Source: Eledone cirrhosa (lineage: Eukaryota). Taken from it: a stretch of DNA of 64,000 nt. Below the pieces are notes generated by a model. That model made no database searches. It was not told where the DNA came from and saw nothing but the letters and a program-made list of their open reading frames with translations. Location of the stretch: assembly GCA_964016885.1 (NCBI GenBank), contig OZ024743.1, forward strand, positions 68,448,001-68,512,000. The letters run 5' to 3'. This document shows, one piece after another, positions 1-13,600 of this stretch; the first letter of the stretch is position 1; the number at the start of each line of letters is the position of its first letter. A program made the position numbers and the translations under genes.

Positions 1-2530
1 ACCCTTGACCAGCGAAAGGAACGGTTCTACTGTCCCTTCACCACGAACAAGGTAAGTGACCCTTTCATATTTGCCCCGTTTCTCATCCAAAATGGCTGTA
101 CACAGAATAGGCAGTATAAATGCACGTGGCCTGGTGTCATCTTGGAAGCAGGGTCACCTGCTCAATGACCTTAGGTCACTAAACATAGATGTGGTGGCCA
201 TCAGTGAAACCAGAATCTCCGATGCACGGGCCTTCGCACCGAACTTCGGCGGCTACGATGTATACGCATCTCCCAGCCGTCCAGGATCGGGGGGGGGGGG
301 TTGCCGTCCTTTTTCGGAGAGGCTTGGATCACGCGATACGGGCCATCTTCCTGGACCCAGAAGGTAAGTCGGTGGTGCTGGACGTGACCGGCAGCGAAGG
401 CAATGCTTTCAGGCTAGTAGCCGTCTACGCCCCAACAGGGGCAGGACGGCCAGATTTCTTCAGACGTCTAGAGACGTTTCTTGGAACGTCCCGCTCTTTA
501 GTGTTAGTGGGCGACTGGAACGGTATCTTGGATGCACGCTGTGATCGTGTGGGGCTAGTGGATAGGGGAGGAGGGTGCAAGGGCCTCACCAACCTGCTCA
601 GACGTTTTGAACTGTCTGACAGGTATCGACTGGATCACCCGATTGTGCCAATGTGGACACGAACAAACGCATCGGGTCATCCAGATCGTATCTAGATAGG
701 GTATTCTGCAGGGAACTAGATAACGCTAGTATAAATTGTCCACAATTTAAAATAGTCGACTACACAGACCACAAATTTGTGATCTGTGAGATCGACATAG
801 ACAGACTTCATACAGAAGGGCCTGGTTATTGGAAGCTGAACGCGTCTTTCCCGGCGCGCAAGGCCTACAGAGACCGGATTAGCGTATTAGTTAAGCGGGC
901 GTTGACGGGAGCGGGCGTCATACAACAGGTGGTGGTTCGCCCTGAAAAGGGCAATTAAAATAGAGTCGATTAGGTTTAGCAAAGGACTAGTGATAGAGTA
1001 GAGGGAGAGCTAGTCAGAAAGCTAGAAGAGGCGTTTATGACAGGCATCGCAACCGACGTAATTGCGGCGAGATTGGCACTCGACTAATTCTTCAACGCAA
1101 AACACGAAGGCTGCGTTGTCAGAGCTAGAGGGCGTGCTCTGAAACACGAGGGGACAAAAGCCGTCCAGTGGGCCCAGGTAGCAGAGGCGCGACGTGGCAA
1201 CAAAGCCACAATTCGGTCTTTGTCTGACCAAAACGGGTGCGTGTTGCTCGAACCCGAGCAGATGTGTGAAGCTTTTCAGCAGCACTTTGCTGAACTGCTC
1301 GGGAGCAGCGGCGGCTCGGATCGGGGCATGGACTTCAGTGCATACCTCGACGGACTGCCTCGGCTCTCGCCGACCGCAACACAGTGTTGCGAAAAGCCAA
1401 TAACAGCCGGTGAAATACGGGAGGCGATGGCTAACTGCACGAGGAGTAAATCGCCAGGTTTGGATGGTCTGCCGTACGAGTTTATGCATTTATGCCAGAC
1501 TTATTCGGTGACCTCTTGGCAGACGTCTACTGGAACTGGCAGCAGAACGGGAGCATTCCCAGTTTTGTAAGCCGGGGAGCGGTGACGCTGCTGAGAAAAG
1601 AGCGGAACAAAGGGGATGTTATCGATAATTTCAGGCCCATGACCCTGCTAAACGCAGAGTTCAAGATTTTAGCAAAGGTGTTAGCAATGAGGTTGGCGCT
1701 TGTCGTCAAGGGTCTGGTGGGAGAGGCGCAGACATGCGCCATTCCGGACAGATCCATACACGACAACCCCCACCTCATGCGATACATCATAGAGAGGGTG
1801 GTTAAGGAACCTGGCACGGGTGTGGCCCTGATCAACTTGGATCAATCCAATTCATTCAAAAGGGTCGTCCATCAGTACCTGGCGGTTGTCCTTGTTGCAG
1901 CCTTTTTCAGGATTTGGTTCGCTGCGATGTACAGCGACATGTTCCCAGTTGTGAGGGTGAACGGTCACCTGTCGCAGCCGTTCAGCATCATGCGCTCGTT
2001 CGGTCAGGGTTGTCCCCTCTCGTCCCTCTTGTACGTATTTGATCTCGAGCCGTTACTGCACAAACTGGCGGCGACGAGTGGCGTCCCACACGAACTAGGA
2101 TGCGGGAAATCCGAGTTGGCTTACGCCGACGACGTCACGTCTTCCAAGATACCGTCCAGTCGCCCACTAACTCTAAAGAGCGAGACGTTCCAAGAAAGGT
2201 CTCTAGATGTCTGAAGAAATCTGGCCGTCCTGCCCCTGTTGGGGCGTAGACGGCTACTAGCCTGAAAGCATTGCCTTCGCTGCCGGTCACGTCCAGCACC
2301 ACCGACTTACCTTCTGGGTCTAGGAAGATGGCCCGTATGGCGAGATCCAAGCCTCTCCGAAAAAGGACGGCCACCCAGCCCCCCGATCCTGGACGTCTGA
2401 AAGATGCGTATACATCGTAGCCGCCAAAGATCGGTGCGAAGTACGAAGCCCCACATACAGTGAAACCCCTTCACTTATTATATTCTACGTGGAGGCCCTT
2501 GTGGCAAAAATGTTATTGTTATTATTATTG
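1..2530 (+). mobile_element. Degenerate Tx1/L1-clade non-LTR retrotransposon (ORF1 end, APE endonuclease, reverse transcriptase, short 3' end)
   Basis: ORF2 starts at ATG 92 (MAVHRIGSINARG). APE motifs: VAISET, AVYAP, LVGDWN, SYLDR, YTDH, YWKLN. RT motifs: KSPGLDGLPYEF, NFRPMTLLNAEFKILAK, GQGCPLS, YADD. Multiple frameshifts and stops. Ends gcccttgtggcaaa plus a (TTA)-like tail, as does the copy ending at ~37135. Confidence 0.93.
2141..2441 (-). repeat. Inverted copy of the element's own APE segment (~232-531)
   Basis: Reverse complement matches 232-531. ORF 2135-2374(-) repeats AVLFRRGLD...RLVAVYAPTG. Confidence 0.92.
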
Positions 2531-2765
2531 TTATTTTTATTTTCTTTCATTATTGTTTCTGAGATATATGCCGAGTGTCTTCCTGACACCTAGGGCAAAT
2601 ACATTCACAGTGTGCATTGGTAAGCCAGATAATACAGCACATTGATTATAATAAAAGCATATAAAAAAACTCTATATATATATACACATGTGCATATGTA
2701 AATACAAAGAGGGATATCAATCTTACAGGGATAGTGCTCTTCTCAATACGTGTGCAGTATCAGTC

Positions 2766-2826
<61 letters not shown>

Positions 2827-2837
2827 GTTGTTGTTGC

Positions 2838-2879
<42 letters not shown>

Positions 2880-4146
2880 GGGGTTTAATTAGATAGTATT
2901 GTTTTATTATTTTTATTGTATGTTTTTATATTTGTTTGTTTATTTGTCCTTACGTTTGTTTGTAAGTCTATTGAATAGTTCTATATTCATCATCATCACC
3001 GCCAGCTTCAACAGGACAATCTTAACCATCACTGTCATCATCATTACAATCATCATAATCATCATCATTATCATCGCAATCTTCAACCTGGCAATCATAA
3101 CCCTCACTATCACCAGCATCACCACCATCACCACCAGCATCACTACCATCATCGCCATCACCACCATCATCGCCATCACATACAGCCATCACCAGCATCG
3201 CCATCACATACAACCATCTCCAGCATCACTACGATCATCGCCATCACCACCACCATCACCACCAGCATCGTCCCCATCCCCACCATCATCACTAGCATCG
3301 CTATCATCATCGCCATCACCACCACAATCACCAGTATCAACATCATCGCCACCACCACCAACAGCATCACCACCACCATCACCACCAGCATCACCACCAT
3401 CATCGCCATCACCACCACCATCACCAACAGCATCACCACCATCATCGCCATCACCACCACCATCATCACGAGCATCACCACCATTATCGCCACCACCCCC
3501 AGCATCACCACCATCATCGCCACCACCCCCAGCATCACCACCCTCATCGCCATCACCACCACCACCACCACCACCAACATTACCACCTCCACCACCATCA
3601 CCACCAGCATCACCACCATCATCGCCATCACCACCACCATCACCACCAGCATCACCACCATCATCGCCATCACCACCACCACCACCAACATTACCCCCAC
3701 CCCATCACCACCACCAGCATCACCACCGCCCTCGCCATCACCACCACTATCACCACCAGCATCACTACCATCATCGCCATCAACACCACCATCACCACCA
3801 CCATCAACACCACCACCACCATCCGCGATCATCACCCCCATCACCACCACCATCAACACCACCACCAACAACACCACCACCAACAACACCACCACCACCA
3901 ACAACAACAACAACAACAACAACCACACCACCGTCACCATCATCACCGCCACCACCATCTCCACCACTACCACCACCATCACTACCACCACCATCAACAC
4001 CACCACCATCTACACCACCACCATCAACACCACCACCACCACCACCAACACCAACGCCACCACCACCATCATCATCACCACCACCATCACCACCATCATC
4101 ATCATCACTACCACTACCATCACACCACCATCATCATCATCATCAT
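2766..4146. repeat. (TAT)n/(TGT)n microsatellites and a long (CAC/CAT)n low-complexity tract
   Basis: Directly visible trinucleotide repeats. The 416-aa Pro/Ser ORF is a by-product. Confidence 0.9.
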
Positions 4147-4235
4147 TAATGATATCGTCTTTATTTTTTAATTTTAGTCCTGTTTTTATTATTTGTTCAT
4201 TAGAGATGAAGGAAATGAAGCTTTATGTGAGTGTA

Positions 4236-4286
<51 letters not shown>

Positions 4287-4412
4287 GTAGGAGGTGAGTT
4301 TTATTGTAGTACAATAAAGCAATGCAGATATCGGATAAGAAGCACTCTAGTGTTTGTAGGACTGGAGTATACATAATATATAAGATCAAAAGATCGTTAA
4401 ATGAGCTCCATG

Positions 4413-4483
4413 TATTTTATTATGCGCATTTCAAAAACAAATATCATCATGCAATAACATTTGTGTTTTCATCAGATAAATTA
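4413..4483 (-). ncRNA. Type I hammerhead ribozyme (family A), intact core
   Basis: Reverse complement: taatttat CTGATGA aaacacaaat..atttgttttt GAAA tgcgca TA ataaaata. Stem III is palindromic. Confidence 0.8.
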
Positions 4484-5679
4484 GGAGGACATGATATGAA
4501 GATTAAAAACACTTGTGGATAGTGCAGTTTTAAATCAACATATGAAAAGTAGTTTTAGATTGATATGTGATATTGGGGAAACATTTTTCTTTTTAGGGGG
4601 GGGGGGGGAAAAAGAGGAGGAGATGAGAGTAAAAAGTGGAGGGAGAGGAGTATAAGGAGGAAGGATGAGATAGGAGGAGAGATAGCTGATAGAGAGAGAG
4701 AGATAGCTTTTATAACTGAGAAAAATATATTGTTTTACATAGAGAGGTTGAAAAACCGTTGGAAGATAATGTATAAATTTAAAGAATTTGAAAATTAACG
4801 AAGAGAAAAATAATGTAAAGTTAAGGTTTGTATATTGAAGGGTTTAATAATATGTGCGATGAAAAGAAATTAATATGTATTAAGAATAATATTTAAGGGT
4901 TTAATAATATGTGCGATGGAAAGAAAATGTTAATATGTATTAAGAATAATTTTAAGGGTTTAATAATATGTGCGATGGAAAGAAAATGTTGATATGTATC
5001 ATCAAAAAAAAAAAAAAACAGAAGTAATGTAAGTAAGGATATATTGTGAGATGAGCATGAATAAGTTAGATGAAAGTGAGAAAAAAATAATGAATAGAGG
5101 ATGAATAATCTAACGTCAAAAAAAATGTTTATGTTTACGAAGGATTTTTTCAAAGTGATATAAAGTAAGAATATAGTGTATTGTGTAATAATTGTTTCTA
5201 TGTTAGGCACAGTGAGAAAAGGTACAGATTAGGGGTTAGAAATTAAAAGGAAAAGAAAAGAAAAGAAAAGGAAAAGGAAGAAAGGGAAGTGATGAATAGG
5301 AATGATATAGCATATGATAAATAACTTTGAAATAAGGTAGAAAGATGGGTATATTTTTTAAAGAAGTATATATATATATATATATGTGCCTTTGAGAAAA
5401 GGATTCTGAATTGATAAAGTTTAGGATATTAGCTGTATATGTTATGGAAAGTTCTGTGGAATTTATGCAAGCAGATAGAAAACAAGTCAGTGCGTCTATT
5501 TATTATAGAATCTAAATTAGATATAATGGTACATGTTTTCATTCAGACAGAGATTGCAAGTCTTGGATAGAGAACTGTTCAATTGACGTTGTATTTGGGT
5601 TTGCAGAAATTAGCCTAGGGTTTACAATGACGTCGGGAGTACTATTACTATTATTATGATATTCAGTATTGGAAGGAAC

Positions 5680-6785
5680 CTAAATTATGTTAATTTTAAA
5701 TCTAACCACCGTACTAATATTAAGAATGCTATAGTTAGTAATATTGGAAAAAGAATATCTAACCTATCTTCTAATAAAAACATCTTCGATGCTAACGACA
5801 ATTATTATAATAACGCGCTTTCTAAAGCCGGCTATCCTGATAAAATCAAATATAATAAAGAAACAAATTCTAGAAAATATTACAGTGGAATAATTAATCA
5901 TGATCATTCCAATAACTTTAATAAAAGACCTAGATACAAAAACATAATCTGGTATAATGCTCCTTTCTCCATCTCTATTAATAATAATATTCCTAAATTA
6001 TTCTTTAGTGCCTTAAATAAATGCTTCCCTCCCTCTATAGTAAAATATTTAACAAACACACTATAAAATGTTCCTATTCGACATCCTCCAACATTTCCAA
6101 CATTATCTCTAAACACAACAATAAAATACTAAATACTAAATCTCTTCCTTCCAACACTGAATATCATAATAATAGTAATAGTACTCCCGACGTCATTGTA
6201 GAGCCTAGGCTAATTTCTGCAAACCCAAATACAACGTCAAACACAACTTCGCTAAATGTTCTTAATCCCATTCTAAATCAAGAAACTATTATTCCTATCG
6301 CAAATCACTTCTCCAATCCAATTCCTTCTATAGATAACACTAGGTCATTCGTTAATAATCTCTCTAATCGCAATTGCAATTGCCCTGCTAAAAATAAATG
6401 TCCTCTCAACAACCATTGTCTTGATAAAAACTTAATTTACGAATGTAAAGTTATAACTGACACCAATTCCTTCACCTGTTTTGGCTCCACTTCCACCTCC
6501 TTTAAAGCTCGTCTTTATAATCATCATTCGTCTTGTAAATATAAACTTAAAAGAACCAACACGGCTCTCTCAGAACTCAAAAATATTAAATATAACATCT
6601 CTTGGAAAAAGGTTTCCTCTGCTTCTACATACTTGAACAGTTCTCTATCCAAGACTTGCAATCTCTGTCTGAATGAAAAATGTACCATTATATCTAATTT
6701 AGATTCTATAATAAATAGACGCACTGACTTGTTTTCTATCTGCTTGCATAAATTCCACAGAACTTTCCATAAAGTATACAGCTAA
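5680..6785 (+). pseudogene. 5'-truncated PLE ORF: RT thumb, CxCx5Cx5C linker, GIY-YIG endonuclease (Naiad/Neptune-like)
   Basis: NYVNFKSNH, IIWYNAPFS, KIFNKHTIKCSYS, CNCPAKNKCPLNNHC, LIYECK...CFGSTSTSFKARLYNH, CNLCLNEK, INRRTDLFSICLH. Frameshift near 6040. Confidence 0.88.
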
Positions 6786-7737
6786 TATCCTAAACTTTAT
6801 CAATTCAGAATCCTTTTCTAAAAGGCGCATATATATATATATATATACTTCTTTAAAAAATATACCCATCTTTCTACCTTATTTCAAAGTTATTTATCAT
6901 ATTCTATATCATTCCTATTCATCACTTCCCTTTCTTCCTTTTCCTTTTCTTTTCTTTTTCTTTTAATTTCTAACCCCTAATCTGTACCTTTTCTCACTGT
7001 GCCTAACATAGAAATAATTATTACACAATACACTATGTTCTTACTTCATATCACCTTGAAAAAATCCTTCGTAAACATAAACATTTTTTTTGACGTTAGA
7101 TTATTCATCCTCTATTCATTATTTTTTTCTCACTTTCATCTAACTTATTCATACTCATCTCACAATATATCCTTACTTACATTACTTCTGTTTTTTTGTT
7201 TTTTTGATAATACATATCAACATTTTCTTTCCATCGCACATATTATTAAACCCTGAAAATTATTCTTAATACATATTAACATTTTCTTTCCATCGCACAT
7301 ATTATTAAACCCTTAAATATTATTCTTAATACATATTAATTTCTTTTCATCGCACATATTATTAAACCCTTCAATATACAAACCTTAACTTTACATTATT
7401 TTTCTCTTCGTTAATTTTCAAATTCTTTAAATTTATACATTATCTTCCAACGGTTTTTCAACCTCTCTATGTAAAACAATATATTTTTCTCAGTTATAAA
7501 AGCTATCTCTCTCTCTCTATCAGCCATCTCTCCTCCTATCTCATCCTTCCTCATTATACTCCTCTCCCTCCACTTTTTACTCTCATCTCCTCCTCTTTTT
7601 CATCCTTTCCAACCTCCCCCCTCCCTAAAAAAAAAATGTTTTCCCCAATATCACACATCAATCTAAAACTACTTTTCATATGTTGATTTAAAACTGCACT
7701 ATCCACAAGTGTTTTTAACCTTCATATCATGTCCTCC

Positions 7738-7808
7738 TATTTTATCTGATGAAAACACAAATGTTATTGCATGATGATATTTGTTTTTGAAATGCGCATA
7801 ATAAAATA
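7738..7808 (+). ncRNA. Type I hammerhead ribozyme (family A), intact core
   Basis: tattttat CTGATGA(7746) aaacacaaat..atttgttttt GAAA(7789) tgcgca TA ataaaata. Stem I is 8 bp. Confidence 0.85.
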
Positions 7809-7847
7809 CATGGAACTCATTTAACCATCTTTTGATCTTATATATTA

Positions 7848-7924
<77 letters not shown>

Positions 7925-7987
7925 ATGTGTGTGACTGTGTGTGTGTGCACCTGTGTACGTATGTTTAAATATGACAGCTTGTGTTTG

Positions 7988-8128
7988 AGAAGAAGAAGAA
8001 GAAGAAGAAGAAGAAGAAGAAGAAGAAGAAGAAGAAGAAGAAGAAGAAGAAGAAGAAGAAGAAGAAGAAGAAGAAGAAGAAGAAGAAGAAGAAGAAGAAG
8101 AAGAAGCAGCAGCAGCAGCAGCAGCAGC
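7988..8128. repeat. (GAA)n-(GCA)n microsatellite
   Basis: Directly visible. Confidence 0.95.
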
Positions 8129-8379
8129 ACAGCAGCATGTCACTCTAGCATTCGAAATGCAATATTGGACAATATATTCTAAGAAAGCATTGTTATTTAA
8201 GAGTGTTTCCATATCATTCCATGTGATGTCACGATGCTCCGTGTATTTACATAGCAGACATCTAATATTTGACTGGTTATCTTAAATCTAGATTAAACAT
8301 ATTCTGCTGGTTTAGCTGCTTCTAATAATATATCAGACGCAACTAAAATAAATCAAGAAAGACGTAACTAGTATTTTAA

Positions 8380-8870
8380 AGAAATTATGACTACTGTTAT
8401 AACGACCTTTATCTTCAAAGACAATATTTTAGACTATGAACAGATAAAAATGCATACCAGGCATTAAATAAATATTAAAATATGTATTTTTATCGAGAAA
8501 ACCCTCGAACACCATCCTACTAATTAAAAGAAAACTGTCAATAACTTTAGTAAAGGAATCTTAAATATCTCTATAAATAAAGTTACTCGCCTTTACAACA
8601 ATATACAGAGAAAGATTAGGTTGAAAGTTATAAATCAGTTTCCCTCAAAGCTGAAGCAACAATGAAACGAAGATCTGTAACTCCAGTAGTCTGGTTGAAT
8701 CCTCAATATAGTCTGAATTAGATATATAATATCTCCAAGAGCTTTGTAAACATATTTTTCCACGCGGGCTAATATTCCTAGTTTTTATTCGACAAAATTA
8801 ATAGAGGAAAAATACAACAGCTGCATGACTAATGTAGGAAATATCCTCGCAAGCATGAAGCCCTCCAAGG
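8380..8870 (+). pseudogene. Highly decayed second PLE ORF fragment
   Basis: Residual peptides WLNPQYSLN and YNSCMTNVGNILA occur in the same order as WYNAPFS and CSYSTSSNISNII of the PLE at 5680-6785. Confidence 0.45.
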
Positions 8871-8959
8871 TATCGAACAGCAGCCTTAATCTACTTAAAA
8901 AGCACAGCAATACAAAATTCAATTAAGAATTTAACACAAGTAATAGCTAATGTGAAGAC

Positions 8960-9370
8960 AGGTGGCTTGGTGGTTAGAGAATTTGATGCGCAATTGTGAG
9001 GCTGTGAGTTCAATTTTCGGACAGCGTGATGCTGTGTGTCCTTGACCAAGACACTTTATTTCACATTTCTCTGTCTGCCAGGAGTTGCGATCTGTAGAGT
9101 GTATCAGCAATAGAAAGACTGATGGAAACATTCTTTCCTTGGTCCAATTTTACGAGGTCCCCCCTCCCAGCAGGCGAATGCGGTCTGGGACCTTGTCGAT
9201 CGATTAGAGCGAACTAATAGGTAATAGGGCATGGCTTAATGGTTAGAGCATTGGCTTTACAATCGAAAGATTGTGCGTTCAATTCTCGGAACGGGTGATG
9301 TGTTGTTTCCTTGAGCAAGACACTTTATTTCACGTTGCTCCAGTTTACTCAGCTGTAGAAATGAGATGAT
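8960..9370 (+). mobile_element. Two decayed tRNA-headed SINEs with a CORE-like segment
   Basis: tggcttggtggttagag...gagttcaatt...tgtgtccttgaccaagacactttatttcac occurs at ~8960 and ~9230. Related copies at ~41510, 42985, 43760, 53935 and 55105. Confidence 0.6.
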
Positions 9371-10002
9371 AGGACTGGGGTCCCTATCATTAAAAAAGAC
9401 CCAAGAAACTTCCAATTAGATACAACATTGGGGGAGGCCAGCTAAACCTGCATATGTGTGAGCTGTAACAACAACAAACAAATAGCTAATAGAATAGATA
9501 GTAACATATCGTAAATAAAGTATTATGGCACTTGGTAAACATAAGCTAAGCTGAGGCATTTATGAACCACGATACTTTGTCAGTCACAATTGACACTTTA
9601 ATTGATTATATATCAAAGTTTAGAGGTGACGAGATGGCAGAGTCATTAAAGGGTCACTCCTTTTGACAATCTGCTCTCTCAGTTCAAATCCCGCCGAGGT
9701 CTAATTTCGATGTCAACAAAAAAGTGCTGTCTATGATTGGGGTCAATTCTTCTTCTATATCCTTTTCTCATTTCCACTCTGTCCTTCTCTATTCTTTTTC
9801 TGTATTTACACCTGAAGAGGGAAGGGCTCCTTCAGGTTTTAAAATGCCCTAGAGACAACGTATGGCAATATAGCGCCCCTACGATTCCTTCATGATTTAC
9901 AGGACAATGTATGCATTCATTTAAAATTGTGTGCGGACTGCTTCAAAAGGCTTCAGTTAACTTACATAACTCCCGTCAGATAGCCACGAATTGTATTTTA
10001 AA

Positions 10003-10192
10003 TAATTGTTTCTACTTTAGGCACAAAGCCAGCAATTACCCAGTATATTACTGGTAATTTATTTTATCGACCCCGTAAGGATGAAAGGCAAAGTTAACCT
10101 TAGCGTGATTTGAACTCAGACCGTAAAGGGACGTAACTATGCTAGAAAGCATGGCGTCCAACCCTCTACCGATACTGCCAATTCACCGCCTT
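10003..10192 (-). mobile_element. tRNA-derived SINE with Meta-domain-like core and a 16-bp target site duplication
   Basis: Reverse complement ggcggtgaattggcagtatcggtagag..gagttcaaatc..ctttcatccttacggggtcgataaaataa. TSD ttgtattttaaataat at 9991 and 10198. Confidence 0.85.
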
Positions 10193-10658
10193 TTGTATTG
10201 TATTTTAAATAATGTAGTTCAATAGCAATAATGCTCTCGGTTCCATTGTAAGTGTTCAATGTACAGATAAGCAAAACTTCAGTCTTGCAATGTGCATTGT
10301 CTACCAATATAAGATCAGAAGGGGTTTCTAACTGTCCTCAAATTAAGAGGGTTATAGTCCCAATCATCCACATCCATTGAGCCTGACTAATTAAAAAGTA
10401 CAAATGTGTCTTTAAGTGTAAATAGTTATATGTTCGTGTAGAGGTATATAAGTGTGTAGAGCCTATAGGAATGTGTGTTTATGTATATATATATACTCAT
10501 TTACTATTCTATGTGTTTCAGCCGACGGAGAGTTGTATATAACCATGTGTTGTTGACGTTGTGCATTTTATTTACACCTATATATATCCCGTAAATAGCA
10601 ACATATAGTAAACAATCCAACACAGCAACATATAGAATAAATATAGGCAGAAGTGATA

Positions 10659-13600
10659 TCTATTTATTAATTTGAAGACCATCAGTATTCTGTGTCATAA
10701 TTCTGGATTATCATTGGTTCATAGGTTTCAATCGACTCCGCCCACCACAACGACGCCAAACTTAAATTAATATGCATAATGCCAATGAGGGAGTGAGAGG
10801 GAAGAGTATGAACGCTGTGTTCAATAACTATTAACATGCGTGTGTGTGCATGTACGTGCGCGTATGTTTATGTGTGTGTGCGTGCGTGCAGCGTTCCACA
10901 GAAAGTAAAAACTATCAACATGTGTGAGTGTGTGCGCGTGTAAGTTTGCGTGCGTGTGCGCGTTTCCATGCGTGTATGTGTGTGGCGTTCCACAATCGCC
11001 ACGCAGTTTATCTGTCTGTGTGCCTGTCTGTGAGTCTAACATACACAGAGTTGTGAAGGGAGCAAATAGGGACCTTATTTTACATTGACAGACATCTTTT
11101 ATATTTATTATTGTGTCACTTTTTGACAATTGCTCGAAATGAATACTGATAATAAAAGCAATTCGACTTTATGAAACAGTGAACTACAGCAGTGATGGCG
11201 TGCAGCCAGCAATGCAGAAAAACGGGCCGAACAGCGCCATCGGAACGCCGAACTTCAGAGGCGAAGAAGTGCCGCCATGAATGAAGAGGAACTGGATGAA
11301 CAACGCCAACGAAACACTGGAGCCAAGCAGCGACGGCGTGCTTCGATGGTTGAAGACGAACTGGCTGAGCATCATCAGCAGATGGCCAGAATCCAGCAGC
11401 AACGGCGTGCTGCGATGAATGAAGAGGAGCTGGCTGAACAGCGCCAGCGCAATACAGAAGTTCAGAGAATGTGTCGCTAAAGTGCTCCTCATTCCAGTAA
11501 AGAGGCCACAAGGCGAACGAATGATATTAAATATGGCTCATGGCAATCGTGTCATTTTCAGATTGGTGGACGAGCAGTGTGTCCACATTGTGGAGCATTC
11601 CTTTGGAGGCACGAAGAGACGTGGACCACAATGTGCTGTCATAAATGAGCAGTTCAACTAGAACCCTTGCGAATGCCGGATGATGGGGAGTCACCAGAGT
11701 TTAAAATACTAAGTATGTGGGGTGATCAAGGAGACCGGGGTAGATTACTGCGCAAATATTCGCGGCAAATTAACAATTCTTTAGCTTTACCATCGCAGAG
11801 AGTTAGTGAGATGTTTGAGAGTGGAGCATGGCAACCGAATGTAGTCATTCAAGGCCGTTTGTATCATTGTATCGGTAATTTAGAAGTTACCACAGGAGAG
11901 AGGCCTCGATTCGCTCAAATTTACGTTAACTATCCAGATTATAGTGAATCGGGGGAGGATATCAGGATCGGTTGGATGAAGTTGCCGGGAAATATAACTG
12001 AACTTGAACGGCAAAGATTAAGTGATTTGATCCGTGATTTGCAATCATGGCTTAGACAGTGTAATCTCTATGTTATGGCTTTCATGTTGGTGGCTGAACT
12101 GCAAAATGTTCACCAGAAAACATTGGAGATTAAGGCTGATGCAGTGCCAAGGAATCAACAAGAACGGCGATATAATGCCCCTGAAGGATTTCGTGAAGTT
12201 GCTGTGTTGATGGACGATAAGCCTGGATCGAGAGATATCGTCCTCAATCGCAGAGATGGTGGTCTCAAGAAAATCAATGAGTCAAATAGAGCATACGATC
12301 CATTACATTATGTTCTTTTATTCCCAAAAGGTGAAACTGAATGAACATGTCTGTTCATTTAGATGATCATGAGAATCAGCATCAACAGGGAGGTGGCAAT
12401 AGACACACTAATTCGATTCGCGACTTTTATGCGTTCCGTTTGAACGAGAGGAATCAACAGAGAAATGCGCTATTTCAAGCCAGCAGATTGTTCAAGGAAT
12501 ACTGTTGTATGGCATTCGCAAAGATCGAAAATCAAAGGCCAAATTATATAGCTACACATCAGCAACATATCAGATCTGAATTGTATAATAATATACAGGA
12601 TGCGATAACAGCCGATAATGCCAATTACAACCAAATTGGTCGACGCATAATTTTACCATCGTCGATATGAACATTCACTATCAGGATGCAATGGCTATTG
12701 TCAGAAAGTTTGGAAAGCCAGGTTTGTTTATAACGGTTACATACAATCCTGAATGGACTGATATTAAGGATGCACTTTTGCCAGGAGAACAGTCAAAGAA
12801 CCGTCCTGATATAGTGGCAAGAGTATTCAAAGGATATCTGAAAAATATAATGGATGATGTGGAAAAAGAGGGAATCTTTGGAGGTATAGTTGCTTTTACA
12901 TACGTAATTCAATTCCAAGAAAGAGGATTGCCACATGCACATTTGCTGATCATTTTACATAAAGATTGCAAATTGTGATGTGCTGAGGATGTCGAGAGAA
13001 TTGTGTGTGCTGAACTGCCGGTGAATGAGGCACTACGCAACTTGGTGCACAACCAATACGGAGTGGCAAATCGGAGCGCGTCTTGCATGAAAAATGGCCA
13101 ATGCAGTAAGAATTTCCGAAATCTTTTGTCACGAATACTTCCTGGAATGATGGGGATGCTCATCCCTCATACAGAAGACGGTCGCCTGCAGATGGCGGTT
13201 TGGTCGAAAATGTGAACGGTCGACAGGTTACAAATCAATGGGTTGTGCCATACAATCCATATCTGATTATGAAAAACCGTTGTCATATTAATGTAGCTCA
13301 GTGAAAGGTTGCAAATATCTGTTCAAATATTTTTACAAAGGGCAATGATCAATGTCAGGAATGAGGAAGCGAACGAAGAAGATGAAGTTGGCAGGTTCCA
13401 GGATGTTCGCTCGATTGGATCTATGAAGCTTGCTGGAGATTGTTCGATTTTGATCTCAATGAACGCAAACCCAGCGTTCAGAAATTGACGGTTCACTTAG
13501 AGAATAGGCAAATGCTCTGTTTTCGAGACACTAGAAGAGGTGTCGAAAGAATTGCTAACGCACCACTCCTAAGACGGAATTGACTGAGTGGTTCAAGCAT

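Larger units (their letters stand above)
4285..7850. mobile_element. Penelope-like element in inverted (head-to-head) configuration, bounded by (TA)n
   Basis: 4375-5582 is the reverse complement of 6633-7845, and 5583-5678 is the reverse complement of 6145-6240. The centre encodes the PLE RT C-terminus and GIY-YIG domain. An HHR lies near the outer end of each arm. Confidence 0.9.

Noticed and set aside
49-57. AAG|GTAAGT splice donor before ORF2 (also at 33608)
   Set aside because: Lies at the ORF1 end (GK-stop) of a repeat, with no evidence of use.
2899-4149. 416-aa Pro/Ser/His-rich ORF resembling an extensin
   Set aside because: Translation of a (CAC/CAT)n tract that is open in several frames and on both strands.
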